Below, in pieces: positions 28,201 to 41,522 of a stretch of 64,000 nucleotides of DNA. The notes beneath the pieces are model-generated. The model was given only the letters and a program-made list of their open reading frames with translations, was not told the DNA's origin and did no database searches. The DNA is from Tubiluchus corallicola (Eukaryota; Animalia; Priapulida). How positions within the stretch are numbered: position 1 is the first letter of the stretch; each line of letters begins with the position of its first letter. The position numbers and the translations under genes are program-made. The stretch spans positions 186,001 through 250,000 of the forward strand of contig JAQGDQ010000148.1 of the NCBI GenBank assembly GCA_030141605.1, in the 5' to 3' direction.

Positions 28201-28691
28201 GCATTACTTCGTTTCTAAAATTCATTAAAAACCTTTGCGGTGCATACTAAGCTGATGACTCATACTTTCTATACCAGTAATACTACACCCATCGGTTAAT
28301 AGGTCTAGTCGGTTAATTGGGTCAAAACACTTCGGTCCCAAAGTAAGTCTATTAAACGGTGCCTACTGTACATAGAAAAGATGCAATACTAACAATTGCA
28401 TGTTTCGGTCTGGAATGAAGATAAGATTTTTAAACTTGGGGCAAAATTAAAAGTGTCAGTCTAGCTCTCCCGCTTCTTTCAATTAAATAAATTTAAAAAA
28501 ATAAACAAACTGCAATTCCCAGCGCAATGTCAGAATAATTTTGTATAATAATTAAGGATCTTTTTGTTTATAAAAATACCTTCATTGCCACCACCAAATG
28601 TTTCATCATTCAGTAAATCGATATCTTCTTCTCCATCGATATCATCAGGCGTAAGCTGAGTAAGTCCCTCAACAATGCCCCCTTGAAGTGG
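13268..28691 (-). CDS. PATL1: Pat1/PATL1 mRNA decapping and P-body scaffold, >=16 coding exons, >817 aa; start-codon exon lies further upstream and is unresolved
   Basis: Exons 5'->3': 28691-28580, 22257-22124, 21593-21504, 21102-21028, 20750-20586, 19922-19725, 18825-18621, 18148-18013, 17363-17286, 16814-16547, 15653-15521, 15119-14888, 14709-14484, 14094-13966, 13635-13541, 13445-13268, all phase-consistent. Motifs: '[11 protein letters not shown]' (DDX6-binding), 'ELDDPAIM', a Pro-rich middle, '[35 protein letters not shown]', '[28 protein letters not shown]' and '[19 protein letters not shown]'. Candidate first exon 30282-30247 (MRLQNFGWTWQP) is low confidence. Confidence 0.92.
22300..23102. 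mobile_element. Foldback-type non-autonomous DNA element with ~200-bp inverted arms built of ~20-bp subrepeats
   Basis: Left end CTATATGTTTTACATGTCAAATGTAGATTTAGG matches the right-end reverse complement CTATACGTTTTACACGTCAAATGTAGACTCAGG. The arms consist of (T)CAAATGT / ACATTTGA units every ~20 bp. Confidence 0.8.
24135..27190 (+). mobile_element. 5'-truncated non-LTR retrotransposon of the CR1 group (L2/Crack/Daphne-like), APE endonuclease + RT, inactive; antisense within the large PATL1 intron
   Basis: ORF 24144-24683 carries APE motifs (GVIYKPP, LMGDFN, PTRIT..TIDH, SDHD). ORF 24736-26010 carries RT motifs ([37 protein letters not shown] for YADD). ORF 26061-26849 is the C-terminus ([20 protein letters not shown]). 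There are two frameshifts, and the 3' UTR ends in AATAAA plus (TA)n near 27170-27190. Confidence 0.93.
27624..28368. mobile_element. pogo/Tigger-like (Tc1/mariner superfamily) MITE with TA flanks
   Basis: TA|CAGGAGGCGACGCTTAATAGACT at the left end; the right-end reverse complement is TA|CAGTAGGCACCGTTTAATAGACT. Related pieces occur at ~3497-3630 and ~54005-54227. Confidence 0.75.
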
Positions 28692-30924
28692 CTACAAAAA
28701 CAAAACAAATATCACATACTACATAGTCAGACTAACGACCAGGATATGCCCATGGGAATTCCTTTTTCGGAATGCCTCTATGATCCATGAAAAACTTTTG
28801 ATACCAGTATTGTGCTGTTTTGTGTGCTTTACAATGATAATTGTTACTAGATGTTAAATTTGTTACAGATGAGATAAGGATGTGAACAGACTGATAATTA
28901 GCCTTTTCCTTCACGGCAAAAGATTTTTGTATTCTGAAATAAAGATGATGATAGTTAGGCTTATAACAAGGTTATGCTCCTACGAGTGTTGTGAGAACAT
29001 CAACTACATAGCTTGCTAGAATCTAGATGTAAGCAAAATGAATTGCTAGGTATATAGCTCACACACTTATTAATAACTAATAATAACATTTTTATGAAGC
29101 CTACATGTAATGATGTTGGGCCCAGTATTAAAAAGCAAGGGCCAGTTGAAAATAAGTCTCAGAAAACTCACGCAATTTTGGAGCTTTTGTAATTTTTGTA
29201 TTATTAACTGGCTTTGTACTAGTGAAAGGGAGAAGAAAATAAATTTAGTGAGCATTAACTCTATATATAATCAATGATTAGCAGTTACTTTATATATTTG
29301 TACAGTTAATTATATTTGCACTGTCTATACAGTCTGCCTATTTACATAAACAAAAGAAAGAATACATGTCAAATGTATCAGAATCACCATGGCCTTTCTT
29401 TATTATAGACAAAGTTACAAAGAAACGATGAATTTATTTTATATCCCACGTATGTAACATAGTCACAGTGCTGTTTATAGCTAAATTTGCTAGAATATCA
29501 TTTGGACATCTGCCGCAAAACTTGCCCATTAGCTGTTGCTATTTTTACAAGATCTTTTTCCTCTCTGTTGATTGGCAATCTATTAGAATAGTTTTTCAAA
29601 GCATTTGTAGAATTTTAACCGTCATTCTTTTCACAAAATTTATAAGATTTTCATTTTGACCATCAACAGACTTAAATTTGTATAATACATTCAGCAATTC
29701 ATTTTACAGCAATTCTATTTGTAACAGTGAATGTACATTTGCGCAGCAGTTTTTCATTTTAATCACACATTCACCTAATGCTTGCATACAGCTTGAATGC
29801 AAATGTTTTGATCACTTAGGCTCACAAATTATTCCACAGAAAAACTCATACACATGCACATCTCTTATAGTGTTTATAATTTAAAAATTCAAACAATATG
29901 TATTACATTTGTACATATATATTCTACATTATTCACACATGTGCTTATCAACCAAATATGAATAATATAAATATTTGAATAATAACTTACATGTTGATAT
30001 ATAAAGTTCATGATATTGTTGGATATAGTTTAGATGACACAAGCCTAGTTGGCAACCAAAATTTATTAGGACAAAATATTCTTTATTTGTCATTTAACGG
30101 GACATCTTTGTCAATTAGATTTCATTTTGTTTTGTCATTAGGAGACCTACACGTAATTAATATATTAATTAAAAAATAATAATTTTTTTATAAAAATGCC
30201 TCAAGGCGTTTACAGATGTGTTAATTCATTAAAATTTTTGGCAAACAGGCTGCCAAGTCCATCCGAAATTTTGAAGTCTCATAAAACCATAAAAAGATGA
30301 TGATTGATTGAACAAAAGAACACAGAACACAAGCAGATAAGAGACATGTAGAAACTAGAAATGTGCACGGTCAAAGCAATTCAGACAGTATAATGGTTTG
30401 TGAAAAAATGAGAAACCTTAAAAATAAATACCCATTGACAATATATTATTCGTAATACATCCCTACTAAATTAGAGGTGCATCCTCGGACAAACAAGGTC
30501 AAGTGGTTCTAAAAATCTAGTTGGTAAAGAAAGCCTAGAGCAATGCTTTTTGCAATCATCAGTGCAAAATCTAATGATAAGTTAATGTAAAATGCAAAAG
30601 CATAAAGCTTCCTTATCTGGACTTTCACTGCTAATTTTGATAAGAATGGTAGCTGATTTGGTAACCCATATGGTTTTATTGCCAACGTTTCTCCAAGCCA
30701 TAATAATCTTTTATGTTGATGTACGTGCACCATATTGAGCATTTAACTTGAGATAAAATAAATTAATCTAATCTAATCTAATGAACTAGAATCAAGTGCA
30801 TTGTGCATAGATAAGCTGTTTTATCTTACCTTATCCTACCTTTACCTTGGTTTGGCAAAAGTAATCTTCTAGCCAAATCTGAGGATACAGATATGGATAT
30901 ATACACACATAGCGTTTTTAAGAC

Positions 30925-31047
30925 AAGGTTGGACAAGCATTTGGCTGGGAAAGAGCTATATATATATATATATATCTATATATATTTGTATCTGTAACCT
31001 TGTAATTGTAGATTAGCTCTTTCTTAGCCCAATGCTTGTCCAACCTT
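30925..31047. repeat. Short inverted repeat (~34-bp arms) around a (TA)n spacer
   Basis: AAGGTTGGACAAGCATTTGGCTGGGAAAGAGCTA ... TAGCTCTTTCTTAGCCCAATGCTTGTCCAACCTT. Confidence 0.85.
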
Positions 31048-31329
31048 TATTAGATTTGAATTTGTATGGTGATCGATCTAAAAAATAAAATTCACTGTCA
31101 CTGCGTGAATCACAGATGGGATACAATTCTAATCGGATGAATTCATAATAATTCATAATAATTAGCAGCCCAACCCGCCAACCAAATAACATTAGAGAAT
31201 CAGAACATATTTACCTTCAAACTGTTTAGGTGTGCTAGTACTGTGGCAGGGGACCATAGATAAAACTCATAAAACTACGGAAAGTACGGTACAACAATAT
31301 ACAAACGACCAACGACAAGTACTCACTCA

Positions 31330-32420
31330 CGAAGTCTTAAACTTAGATTCGCTGGTGCGTGTAGTAACACTTAGCAGATATTACATTCTCTGATATGGTT
31401 TACGTATCATGTGCGTATACATGACATCACGTAATAAGGCGTGGACAGGACAGCATCGCTGGAGATTTAAAATGAAAGGCAAAGAGAATTTGTTTTAATG
31501 TGAGTATGATATATATGCTTAAAATTGCCATGAACTAATATAATTTTTTAAGGCATAATTATATCAACATAATTTTATTGATATTGTTTTTTCTCTTATA
31601 CCTAATTTGTAGTTTTTTTCTAGTAATTTTGCAGCGCATGTAGTTTTTGATTTATTAATTCAAGCAAGGTAGCTTACTCGATGACCCGAAGGTCTTTTGC
31701 TACCCTTTCTCTTGCACCCACTCAATCACTTATTAATATATTTTCTTCCTCTTATTTTCGGCTAAACTTTATATGATTAATCAGTTGTGTATTTTATGGA
31801 AATGTGCACTATAACTAGTATAAGAGATTAATAAACATGCCCATGTCTCTTCTTAAGCAAATAGAGACAAAAATTAAGAATTGCCATTCTAAAAAAACTT
31901 TTAATATAAACTCGCTGTATCAGGGCAAGCGTACTCCACAAAGTAATATTAATTTCTTACGGGTAAATCATTAGAAAAACAAAAATGCTCTGTTTCCTTA
32001 GGATCCATCACACATTTCGCTGCGGCGCGCCATGACGTTATTTCGGTTATTACGAAAATGCGATTTGCAATTTTATTTGCAAATTTAAGAAGCTGCGTTC
32101 TTGGTTTATTTGCATATTAATGGGTTTATAAAAAATATGCACTAGACTTGTGACCAATTATTTTTATATATTTGGTTTTTGATATTTTATTTTTTAATTT
32201 TCTAGGGTGGCTTTTGGAGGCAATCACTGAATGAACGTTTTAAAGGTGTTTCCGCCATTTGTCGGAGTTTGGCGAACTGTATCCTCACGAAGTTTTTATA
32301 TTAATGTTTATTTTCTGTTTTTCTTTTATTGTCCGTGATTGCTAAACTGTAGAACAATAATGGTAACGCGTACAAATGACATCTATTTTGTAATGGATTA
32401 TGACAGAAGTATTTAAATAA
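31330..32420. promoter_or_regulatory. Putative divergent promoter region between PATL1 (-) and DEAF1 (+)
   Basis: Minus-strand donor sites at 31330 and 31214 (candidate PATL1 5' exons), local CpG enrichment, CRE-like TGACATCA (31422) and TGACGTTA (32033), and YY1-like CCGCCATTT (32252). TSSs were not directly observed. Confidence 0.5.
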
Positions 32421-35400
32421 ATGTCTGAAGTTGTGTTGACTGCTGTCGACGAACAAATTCCGAATAATGACGATTCGGAGTTCACTGTCGCTGAACGTGC
32501 GTTTCCGTTAGAAGTTCAGGAGCAAAGATCATTTCAGGACGAAGAGCATGATGGTGTTCTTGTCGGTGAAGTTCATCATGAAAGAGATGACCAGGATGAT
32601 GAAGAGCAAGTTTTGCATGATGTGCTTAACTCCTCTAATCAGGTTTAATTGATTTGTCGACCACTGCTTTTGTTGCTTCGTTCCCATTCCTTTTTACTTA
32701 TTTTTCCTGTTAGGAACAACATCAGCCACGTGGATTCAAAACAATACACATTACGTGGTTGTCATGGTGACCAATTGACAAGTGATCTTTGATCATCTTC
32801 ATCAGCCCAATTATTTATAATTATTGCATCAGTGTGGATCCTTTTTCATTCAGAATAATAAGTCCCATGAAAATACAATGTTTTACTCAACCACAGTGAT
32901 TGAACTATCGATTGGAATATCCTGTCGTTATTTCTTTGTTGCCCAGGATTTTAAATTTTTTATTGTTTGTATAAATTCTTCACTTTAAGAATTATGCTGG
33001 GCAAATGTAAGCTATCGCGAAAGCAATTGTTGCTTGGTCAGCGACAGCAACATTTTTGGGTTTCGAAGTTTTAATATAGCGAGATTAATTTTCTATACAG
33101 GAAACAATTCCTCGTGAAGGAGGAAATTGGCATCCCTCCTCATTATCCTATTTGGGCATCCCATTATCTATGATCTTAGTTAAAACAAACTAAATTTATC
33201 TGAAAGATAAAGACAAGTGCTGAGAGACAGAATAAATACTTTATGCAGTATTTAAAGACCACACCTCAACTATTTTTTTCACATTGCTTAAATACTTTTT
33301 AGCCATTTCGCTGTCATGGCGGCTTACATTGTCATCAGTATCCACAGCATATATTGGGCCTGCCATGTTAGCACAGATAAATCTCACTTTTCATGTGAAG
33401 CTATGCTTTGCAGCTCTGCCCAATACCAAACATGCATACAACTGACAGCGAGACTCAAAAACTTAGAGCTTAACACACTAATCTAGCAACTCAATCGGAT
33501 TAACAACAGGTCATGTTGGTAAAAGACTCAAAAACTCACAGCTTAAATACTAATCTAGTGATCAGTCAGATTAGCAACAGGTTAGTGTGATCGTTGAACA
33601 AGAGTTGTGTGACATTAGCTAAACTCGGAACAAAGTCTAAGACCTAATAATCAGTCTTAATTACACAAGTGGTAACGACTAGAAGCCAAGTGATGTACTA
33701 ATTAAAACCATAAGAAGCAGTCACTGGAATATTAGCAGTGCAGCCAATTCGGCTACTTGCGGGATGTTCATAACTTGTGAGAATGTTTTGACTCGCGGCA
33801 TGCAATTCCCTCTAGCAATCGTCATTTTAGAGATATTGGCTGACATACTGCAACAATTTTTAGCTTCTGTTATTAATGATCGAGAGACTTGTTTTCAGTC
33901 AAAGATACTTTCTTCACTTGCATTCAAGGACATAACAATGGAGTAATGCAGTATTACAAAATATAGCATTGTTTGTAAAAATGTATTTTTCAGCTTTAGC
34001 AGCTAACAGAATTAGAATGCATAATTTCGTCAATTTATTTTTACCAATTCTGACTCCCCCAAAACAACCAACTCCTGAACCTTAATGGTCTAGTGTCTAA
34101 TAATTATTCAGATGAGGGAAGGTATTTAAAGGTCTTATAAGGTTTCTTTAAAGCTTTTTCGTTTGTTTCAAATGATGTATTGTTGAACACAACATTTCAA
34201 TTAAACTCACAAAAACTACTTAATGATATTAACCATTGGTTTGTGATTCTTAATGCAGGTGTTTGTGACTACATCTGATGGCTATCTCTCTGCTGAGCCA
34301 TTACAAGATGGTAGTTTAAAAACAACTCACATTCTTATACAACATGGGGAATCTTTAGATGATGGGATTAAGACACCTGCTACGCCAATAACACCAGCAA
34401 CACCTGGTTCTATTACCGGTACACGATACCAATGGGATGAGTCCGTGCATTTGCCTGTGCTACCTGTCAGGTGCAAAAATACCAACGGAGAATTGCATAA
34501 AAATAAGTTTGGGTCAGGTAATCAAAGCTCATTTCAATAACCATCACAGAGTTTCTTTGAGAAGTGCAGTGTTAAAACCCACGACTGGATTTTTATTGTA
34601 ATAAAACTGATTTAGAATCATAAGAGTATAAGAAGACTCAAAACCAGTGGTCTATTCAATTCAATTTCATTTCAATTCAGTTTATTTGTCTCTTTTACAT
34701 GATGTAAAAATATACAATATTTATATGAGAATAATACTGCTATGATAATTGAGACAGGGTGGCAAAAGACCAAGAGGTCACCTAACAGCTACTCCTATTT
34801 AAACAACATTAATTAGTATGGTTAATTAAGTGACACTAGTTGCAGCTTTGTGCGAGACTTATTTAATTTGAGAAAGCAGTCAATCGAAATAACAAAATAA
34901 AAATAATAAAAATAGTAATAATAACCATGCATCAAAATAGCAAAAAACATATTGTATCAATAATCAATGAAAGTTGCAGTAACATATGTTATACACTGGA
35001 AAAAATTAATTGCCTTATATAATCACATACAAATTATAATCAATCAGTTCATGTAAATAACAAAATGTAATGTGATAATAATGTAATAATATTAATAATA
35101 ACATTGCATCAAAATGCATATTGTGCCAAAAATTGATAACAGTGAATACATTAGGAAAAAATTTAATTTCATGTAGAATAAAATCACATGCAATAATCAA
35201 AAAAAAGGAAATTATAATTACAAAAATGTTGAACTAAGATATCAAATAAACCATGCATCAAAATAATCATCAAATGTGTCTATATAGACATAAAGATGGA
35301 ACATCACAGTAGCTTGAGCACCAGAATTATCAGATATCTTGCTCCATTGCACTGTTATTTAACTTGGTTGAAATTTTCGAGCCCACTAAAAATGACATCA

Positions 35401-38400
35401 CTATTACGAATGAAAATAAAAATTCATATTGCAAATTTTAAGTACTAATCTAGTTTGGTAGTCTGTTTTAAATTTCACCAGTTAATATTGTGCATGTTAG
35501 TTCACCACGTACACATACTTCTGCAAGCAGCCGGCATAAATTGTATTATTCTAAATACTATGCCTAATAGATCATAATTTCTCATAAGTGTTAGTACCAC
35601 CTTTATTGCTTTATTGATGGGCATTTGCATAGTTAGTTATCAGGTATTCAACATACTTTTTTGAAGCAATGCTCAGAGAAGATGACATCTTAATTTCAGA
35701 TGAGAGGGTATTCCATAATTTAGTCCCTGTTTGTTGTATTGTTTTGAGGCCGTGTGTTGTTCTGTATTGTTTTTGATAAAAATTTCCTCTTGATGCAGCT
35801 CTAGTGTTATAATTATGATCGTCACTGATTTTACTAAAGTAACTGTCAAAGAGGCCTGGTAGCAGTCAAAAAAGACTGCCGATGAATGATAAAATTATAT
35901 CTTTCTTTAGAACTCTTCAAGCGTAAGCAATATGCTTATTTTCGGTTTATAGCCAAATGTAGTATGTTAAATGCAATGCAAATATAGTTTATATTGTAGG
36001 GTTACCAAAATAAGAATTTTAATTGACTAACCATATAAACTGCATAATCCTATTTTATTTGCACTTAACTAGCTAAAAACTAAGTAAGTACTATCATTCA
36101 CTTCGGAATTTTCTTTTTAGCTGCAAATGAAAATGTAGCAGATTCAAAAGAATTCATTTGATTTCTTTATTCAACTAGTATCTAATCTAACAATTTAAAA
36201 TTTTGTAGGATTAAGCAGCACTTCTACTTAAATGTGTGTGAGAACAATAATTAGCTGGCCACTTGCCAGGTTTCACAGTTTTTAAAGATCTGATGTATTT
36301 GGTTTATAAAACCCTTATAGTTATGTTTCAGGTGGACGTGGCCGCTGTATAAAGATGGGTGACAACTGGTACACTCCCAGTGAGTTTGAGGCAGTATCAG
36401 GCAGAGCTAGCAGTAAAGATTGGAAGAGAAGTATTCGGTATGGTGGCAGAACTGTTCAGTGTTTAATAGAAGAAGGTTTACTGCAACCCCATGCTACGTC
36501 TTGTACTTGTGCTGCTTGCTGTGATGATGAAAATGTGGTATGTCACTACATATTTTGTGGATTCTTATTGTAAAAATTTGTTGCTTCGTTGAACAGCTAT
36601 TCAAAAACTGAGTTTGATCTGAATTTGTCGGGTAATGATAATAGTGTCTTTTGATATATGGAAATGTGTCATTATTTTCACTGCATAGTTGGAGATTAGA
36701 AGAATTTTGCTGTGCAAACACTAGTTGGCTTGGCACCTACAGTACTTACTTTTATAGTTTTTATTTGAATAGCAGTTTTTGTCAGAAAAGTACAAGTATA
36801 ATAATGTAGTTAAAGTAGTCGTGGTCTTACTTAGTTGCATGTATTGTAAGCAACAAAGTAGTGAAATTATATCTCTAAAATTGCTGGACCCAAGCAAGCC
36901 TTTAAGCTTTCACCTAAGATGTATTGCTAAAGCTTTTTGTTAGCTATTTCGTCTCACAAACTAGGACCATTATCTTTCATACATAGTTTGGTTGCCTTAG
37001 CACTGCTTAACTATGTTAATATGTGTAGATCTGCCGCATAGGCAAAAGTTTGTGATTGGAGTTAAAACCAAAAATATTCACTACAACAAATAAGATAACT
37101 ATTGGCAATATATTCAAATGTAAACTTCTGAGAAGACAAGTTCAATTATGTCAGTTGAATCTATGTCATTTGAGGGTCGCTCCTGTCCAGCACAAAGTAG
37201 ACTATTTGCACTGATCACTTGTCACAATATAGTACACCTTTCTTACATATAATTGTTGCAATATAAATCGTTAACATGTTAAGCCAACATTTTGTCATGT
37301 GTTTAGCTTATTTTGGTACATCACCAGCCAAACCAATATTTTCAAATTATAAGAGCCTGAATTATGCAGTCAATGGTGATTGAAGACTATGTTCCTTTTA
37401 TCGTAATACTTAAACTGATTCTTTTATACTTTTTCCTTTCAAGTATTTTCTTTCATATTACTGTATGTGTGATCTATTTTTTTGTTGTTATAAACTGTTA
37501 AATCTTACCTAGGAAGAGCGTTATTGCATTTTGTTATCTATGTATTTTTCTCAGACTGGTCCAGTTCGTCTATTTACACCTTACAAAAGAAGAAAACGGG
37601 ACAGCACTGGTGAATTTTTGAATCCTAATACAGCTAAGACCAAACCACCACCTACATTAAGCAAAACTACATTAGAGCAAGCCCAAGCAACAATTGGAAA
37701 AGGTACTTAGTCCTAAAGCATTGTTTTGTTGTCGTTAGCAGACATTTTACTTTTCCGTACTTGCATTAACCATGATGTTTCTGTATTTCAATAATCGATT
37801 TAAAATCCTGTGGAGCATATGTGCCATTTATTTGTTCTGGTGCAGTAGCTGCCAAAGATGTTTTGAAAATTAGTTAATAGCAGAATTATAGACATGTCAA
37901 GAATTCTTCTTTCTTGGTACAATGTTTAAAGAGGGGCAATGTCTATGTATGTCAGATACATGTATCAGATGTATGAAACTTGGATGTCAAAATTGACATT
38001 TTTGTTAGGGTTATAATGTTATCTATGATATTATGTCAATAATTAATTGATTTTCAATATAATGATGTTGTTACCTGTGCAGTGTTGACTGTTGACATGC
38101 TTACAAGAAAAAACATCATATTTTAACCAACTTCAAATGAGACTTTACAGTGTAGTGGATTACAGATTTTTTTTCTTGTTTTATCATCTGCTTATGCTGC
38201 GTTGTCCTGCTAACATGTTTATTGCAAATAAAATTAATTAAAACTGCATGGTTAATACAGCAACTATTAACACTACAACCATACATTGGCAACTGGCACC
38301 TCAGGAATCCTTTTCTCACACCTGAATTGACCTGACTTACCTGGTTGTTAGGTCTTACAAATTGAGTTCGAGGCTGATCACGCCTTTAAAGGTCTTTTTT

Positions 38401-41400
38401 TGTTTACTTGCTGGTTAAGTACTATTGTATCATTTCTACCTAGTAAATTGTGCTTCATTATTTTGAGCTACCTACATTTAACATTCACATGGCAATAAGT
38501 TCATATTAACTTGGTAAGCAGACTGTGTTAGATGCAGCCTGTAACAGAATGTCAGGAAACTGAAATATTAGTATAGTGGATTTGCTTGTTTGTTGTTCAA
38601 CAGATTTTTTGAAGACCGTATGTCCCCAAAATGCAAACAACATTTCTCTGCTTTCAGTGCCTTGACTGAGGTCAAAATGTACGTGTTTTATACGAAAGAA
38701 CTGCGTAATCGAAATATGGTTGTAACTGGAGGAGTAATGCATTGGTGCTTTGCCTCACTTGTGGTTTTGAATCCAAAAGAGTAACAGGATTGAGGAATAT
38801 GTTCGTCTATTGTATAAAAAGTTGTTTTATTATGATTACAGTTTTGTTGATTTCACCTGCATCACAGACTCAAGCTGAAGGGCAGACTATTCACGTTGTT
38901 TCTGCTAATGGTGATGATTTCACTCATGCCACCACAAATAGTTACATAGAAGCCACAACTGCTACAGGTAGTGCTGTTGTAATTTCACTGATTCCTATAA
39001 GCTTATAATATAACATTGTGACATTCAAGACGAATAATAAAATAAGAATGCATTATTCGCATTATATTGCAACTTTTAAAGATAAACGAGGGTATAAGGC
39101 ACATTTTTGTTCAGGAAGTAGGTAGTTCTTGTAATAAGTATTGAAAAGGTCCCATGTTATTACAGATGATCAAAATACAGTAATTTTAGCGCCTCTAGCA
39201 AAGTCGCCTGAGCCGATATCAAAGCAAATTGAACCATTTACACCGGATGAGATGCGAATTTGGTGGCAACTGGATGAGGTAAACACTTTTTGACAATGTT
39301 GTTCGACTATTATCAGTTTATCATAGTACAATTTAGTACAATACAGAGATGACATGTAAAAAGGTTTACAAATTATTTTAATCTAGTTGCACTATTTCAC
39401 TGTTGCGTTCATGATGTTGAAAAAACTAGAAAAAAATGTTATATGCATCCTTACATGTAAAATTTAGTATATGTACATCTAATATGTAAAAACGCAGACA
39501 TATTTCCAGAACTTGCTACTTCTTAGCTGTTGTGTTTGTTTTTAAATTTTATTGTATGTATGTATTTAGGCTGCTTCTTCACTTGTCGAACAAGCAAAAT
39601 TGCTGAAACAATTAATTGTACAGAGTAAACAAGAGATACTTGATGCAAAGAAAAAAGCCATGGAAGATTTAAAAAACCAACTAGAGTCTGAGAGAAAAGA
39701 GGTATGCACATATACAGAAATGGGAAAACTATTTGAGAACTAGTTAATAAATTTTATCTTCGCGCCACAAATTGTTTGTTTATAATTTTTTGCTTACCAT
39801 TGACTTGAAAGGTATCCTAGTTGCATAGAGTATGGTATCGCTTGTATTTACTCATAGTATTAAATGTTATAACAGTGAGTGCAGCAGTTTTATTTAAGAT
39901 TTATAATCTGAGAGTTTTTATGTCATCAGAACTAAACTCGTTGCATGTTGGATCCCATGGGTTTTGAGAATCATGGACATCGCACACGAATTATTAATAT
40001 AATACAATTTAGTTTGAACCAGTTCTCTCGTTGATGTTTGAAAATTAACATGCTGTATTATTTTACTCTATTCGTATTCTAATCTTGCACTTTACATGAA
40101 ATACGTGTGGACTTGTTGAGTGTTTTTAGTAACTGGATGTAGTATTTCTCTGACAGTCAGTCAATTTTTTTATGTTTAGACACTGCGAACTGCACGAATA
40201 GAAGCTCAGATGCACATGTCCCGAGCTGTCATGGAAGCCAGAGCAGAGAAAGACATCGCTATGCAACAAGCTTTAGCGAGAGCTCGTGCCGCACAGGCAA
40301 CGGATAAGATAGATGGTCTAAGTGAAGACAATTCTCAAAATAAACCAGACACTCTCTTGCCTAAGGTAAGTACTTTTTGGTTTTCTTCTCATTTCATGTA
40401 GGTGTGTAGAAAATGTATTTCTAATCCTCAGTTGAGTTTTAGAAGAGCCAAAGTGACCTAATACAGAAAAGGGGAAATTGTAGAACCACTCAGCTTTAGA
40501 CATTAAGCCAAGCCAGCTAAAACCATTGTGAAACCCGTGAAATGTAATGTTGCTTTTCAATATCGTAGTTTCTTATAACAGAAAGCCACTTTCCTAGGAA
40601 AGTACACTGAGATTTGTTAAACACACATAATACTGCCAGTCAACCCCCCAACACTTTTCATGTGCCGGTTGTGTGCTGCTGTGTCAGACGTGTATGCAAT
40701 AAACCCAACTTAAATTTAATTAAAGATTGCTATATAGATTCTATTTGCATGTAAATTGCTGTTTGCTGTGTCATTATAATTTCTTTGTTACTTGAGCATG
40801 TGGACCCCGCTGACATATTAGCCAATTGTTTTTTTGGAATTTTTAGCAGCCAGTTTTATTCAAATGTCATTTCTCCACAGCTGTTGTGTAGAAATATTGT
40901 TACAACTCAACTTATTGTTGAGATCTTGAAACAGTATATTGACAACATATGACTACAATGTAAATTTATATTTCACAAGAAATGTGAAATTAACAAAGAA
41001 CTGCTTATATGCAATCTTTAAGGTGTAAGGGATTCAACTGTATTAAATGATGCAGCTGTAATATTTTATAATGATTTTAAAATGCTGAAATTAATATTAA
41101 TACATTATATTTAGTCACTATTTTGATGTCTTGATGTGTAAAATTTTTATTTGTTGCTATTAATATGTTATCACTAGTTTTTTACTGTTTTATAATGGTG
41201 ATTTGACTGCATTCTGTATTTCAGCGGTATAGGTGTTTATAGTTTTTTCACTTTTTCACTTTGGTTAAATCTCTTTTGAATAATCACAGTGAGCTGACAA
41301 ATAACCAAAATTAATCAATTGTCAACATATTTAAGTAGTGATAAGTAAATGTTTTCATTTCAGCAATGTGCCAATTGCAACCGCGATTCTTACCTAGAAT

Positions 41401-41522
41401 GTACTGGATGTCGCCGTGTCAGTTACTGTTCTAGTTTTTGCCAACAAAAAGACTGGTTATCTCATCAATCTTCATGTCATATTGCGGAAGAAGAAGATTT
41501 AGATTCCGACAGAGACAAATGA
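32421..41522 (+). CDS. DEAF1: DEAF1 transcription factor (SAND domain, NLS, coiled coil, MYND finger), 9 coding exons, ~516 aa
   Basis: Exons 32421-32642, 34259-34517, 36332-36537, 37555-37702, 38842-38967, 39166-39278, 39570-39701, 40180-40365, 41364-41522 (1551 nt, in frame). SAND: '[52 protein letters not shown]'. Also '[13 protein letters not shown]' and '[14 protein letters not shown]'. MYND: '[37 protein letters not shown]'. Confidence 0.95.
34655..36070 (-). mobile_element. 3' portion of a decayed L2/CR1-group LINE in DEAF1 intron 2
   Basis: The minus strand at ~35640-35870 reads '[58 protein letters not shown]'. It is followed by a long T-rich 3' UTR, a conserved stem-loop (34756-34796), AATAAA and a (TTGAA)n tail. 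Confidence 0.8.

Noticed and set aside
32714-32770. Possible extra DEAF1 exon after the acceptor at 32713
   Set aside because: The frame hits TGA without a convincing phase-compatible donor, and exon 1 joins 34259 in frame without it.
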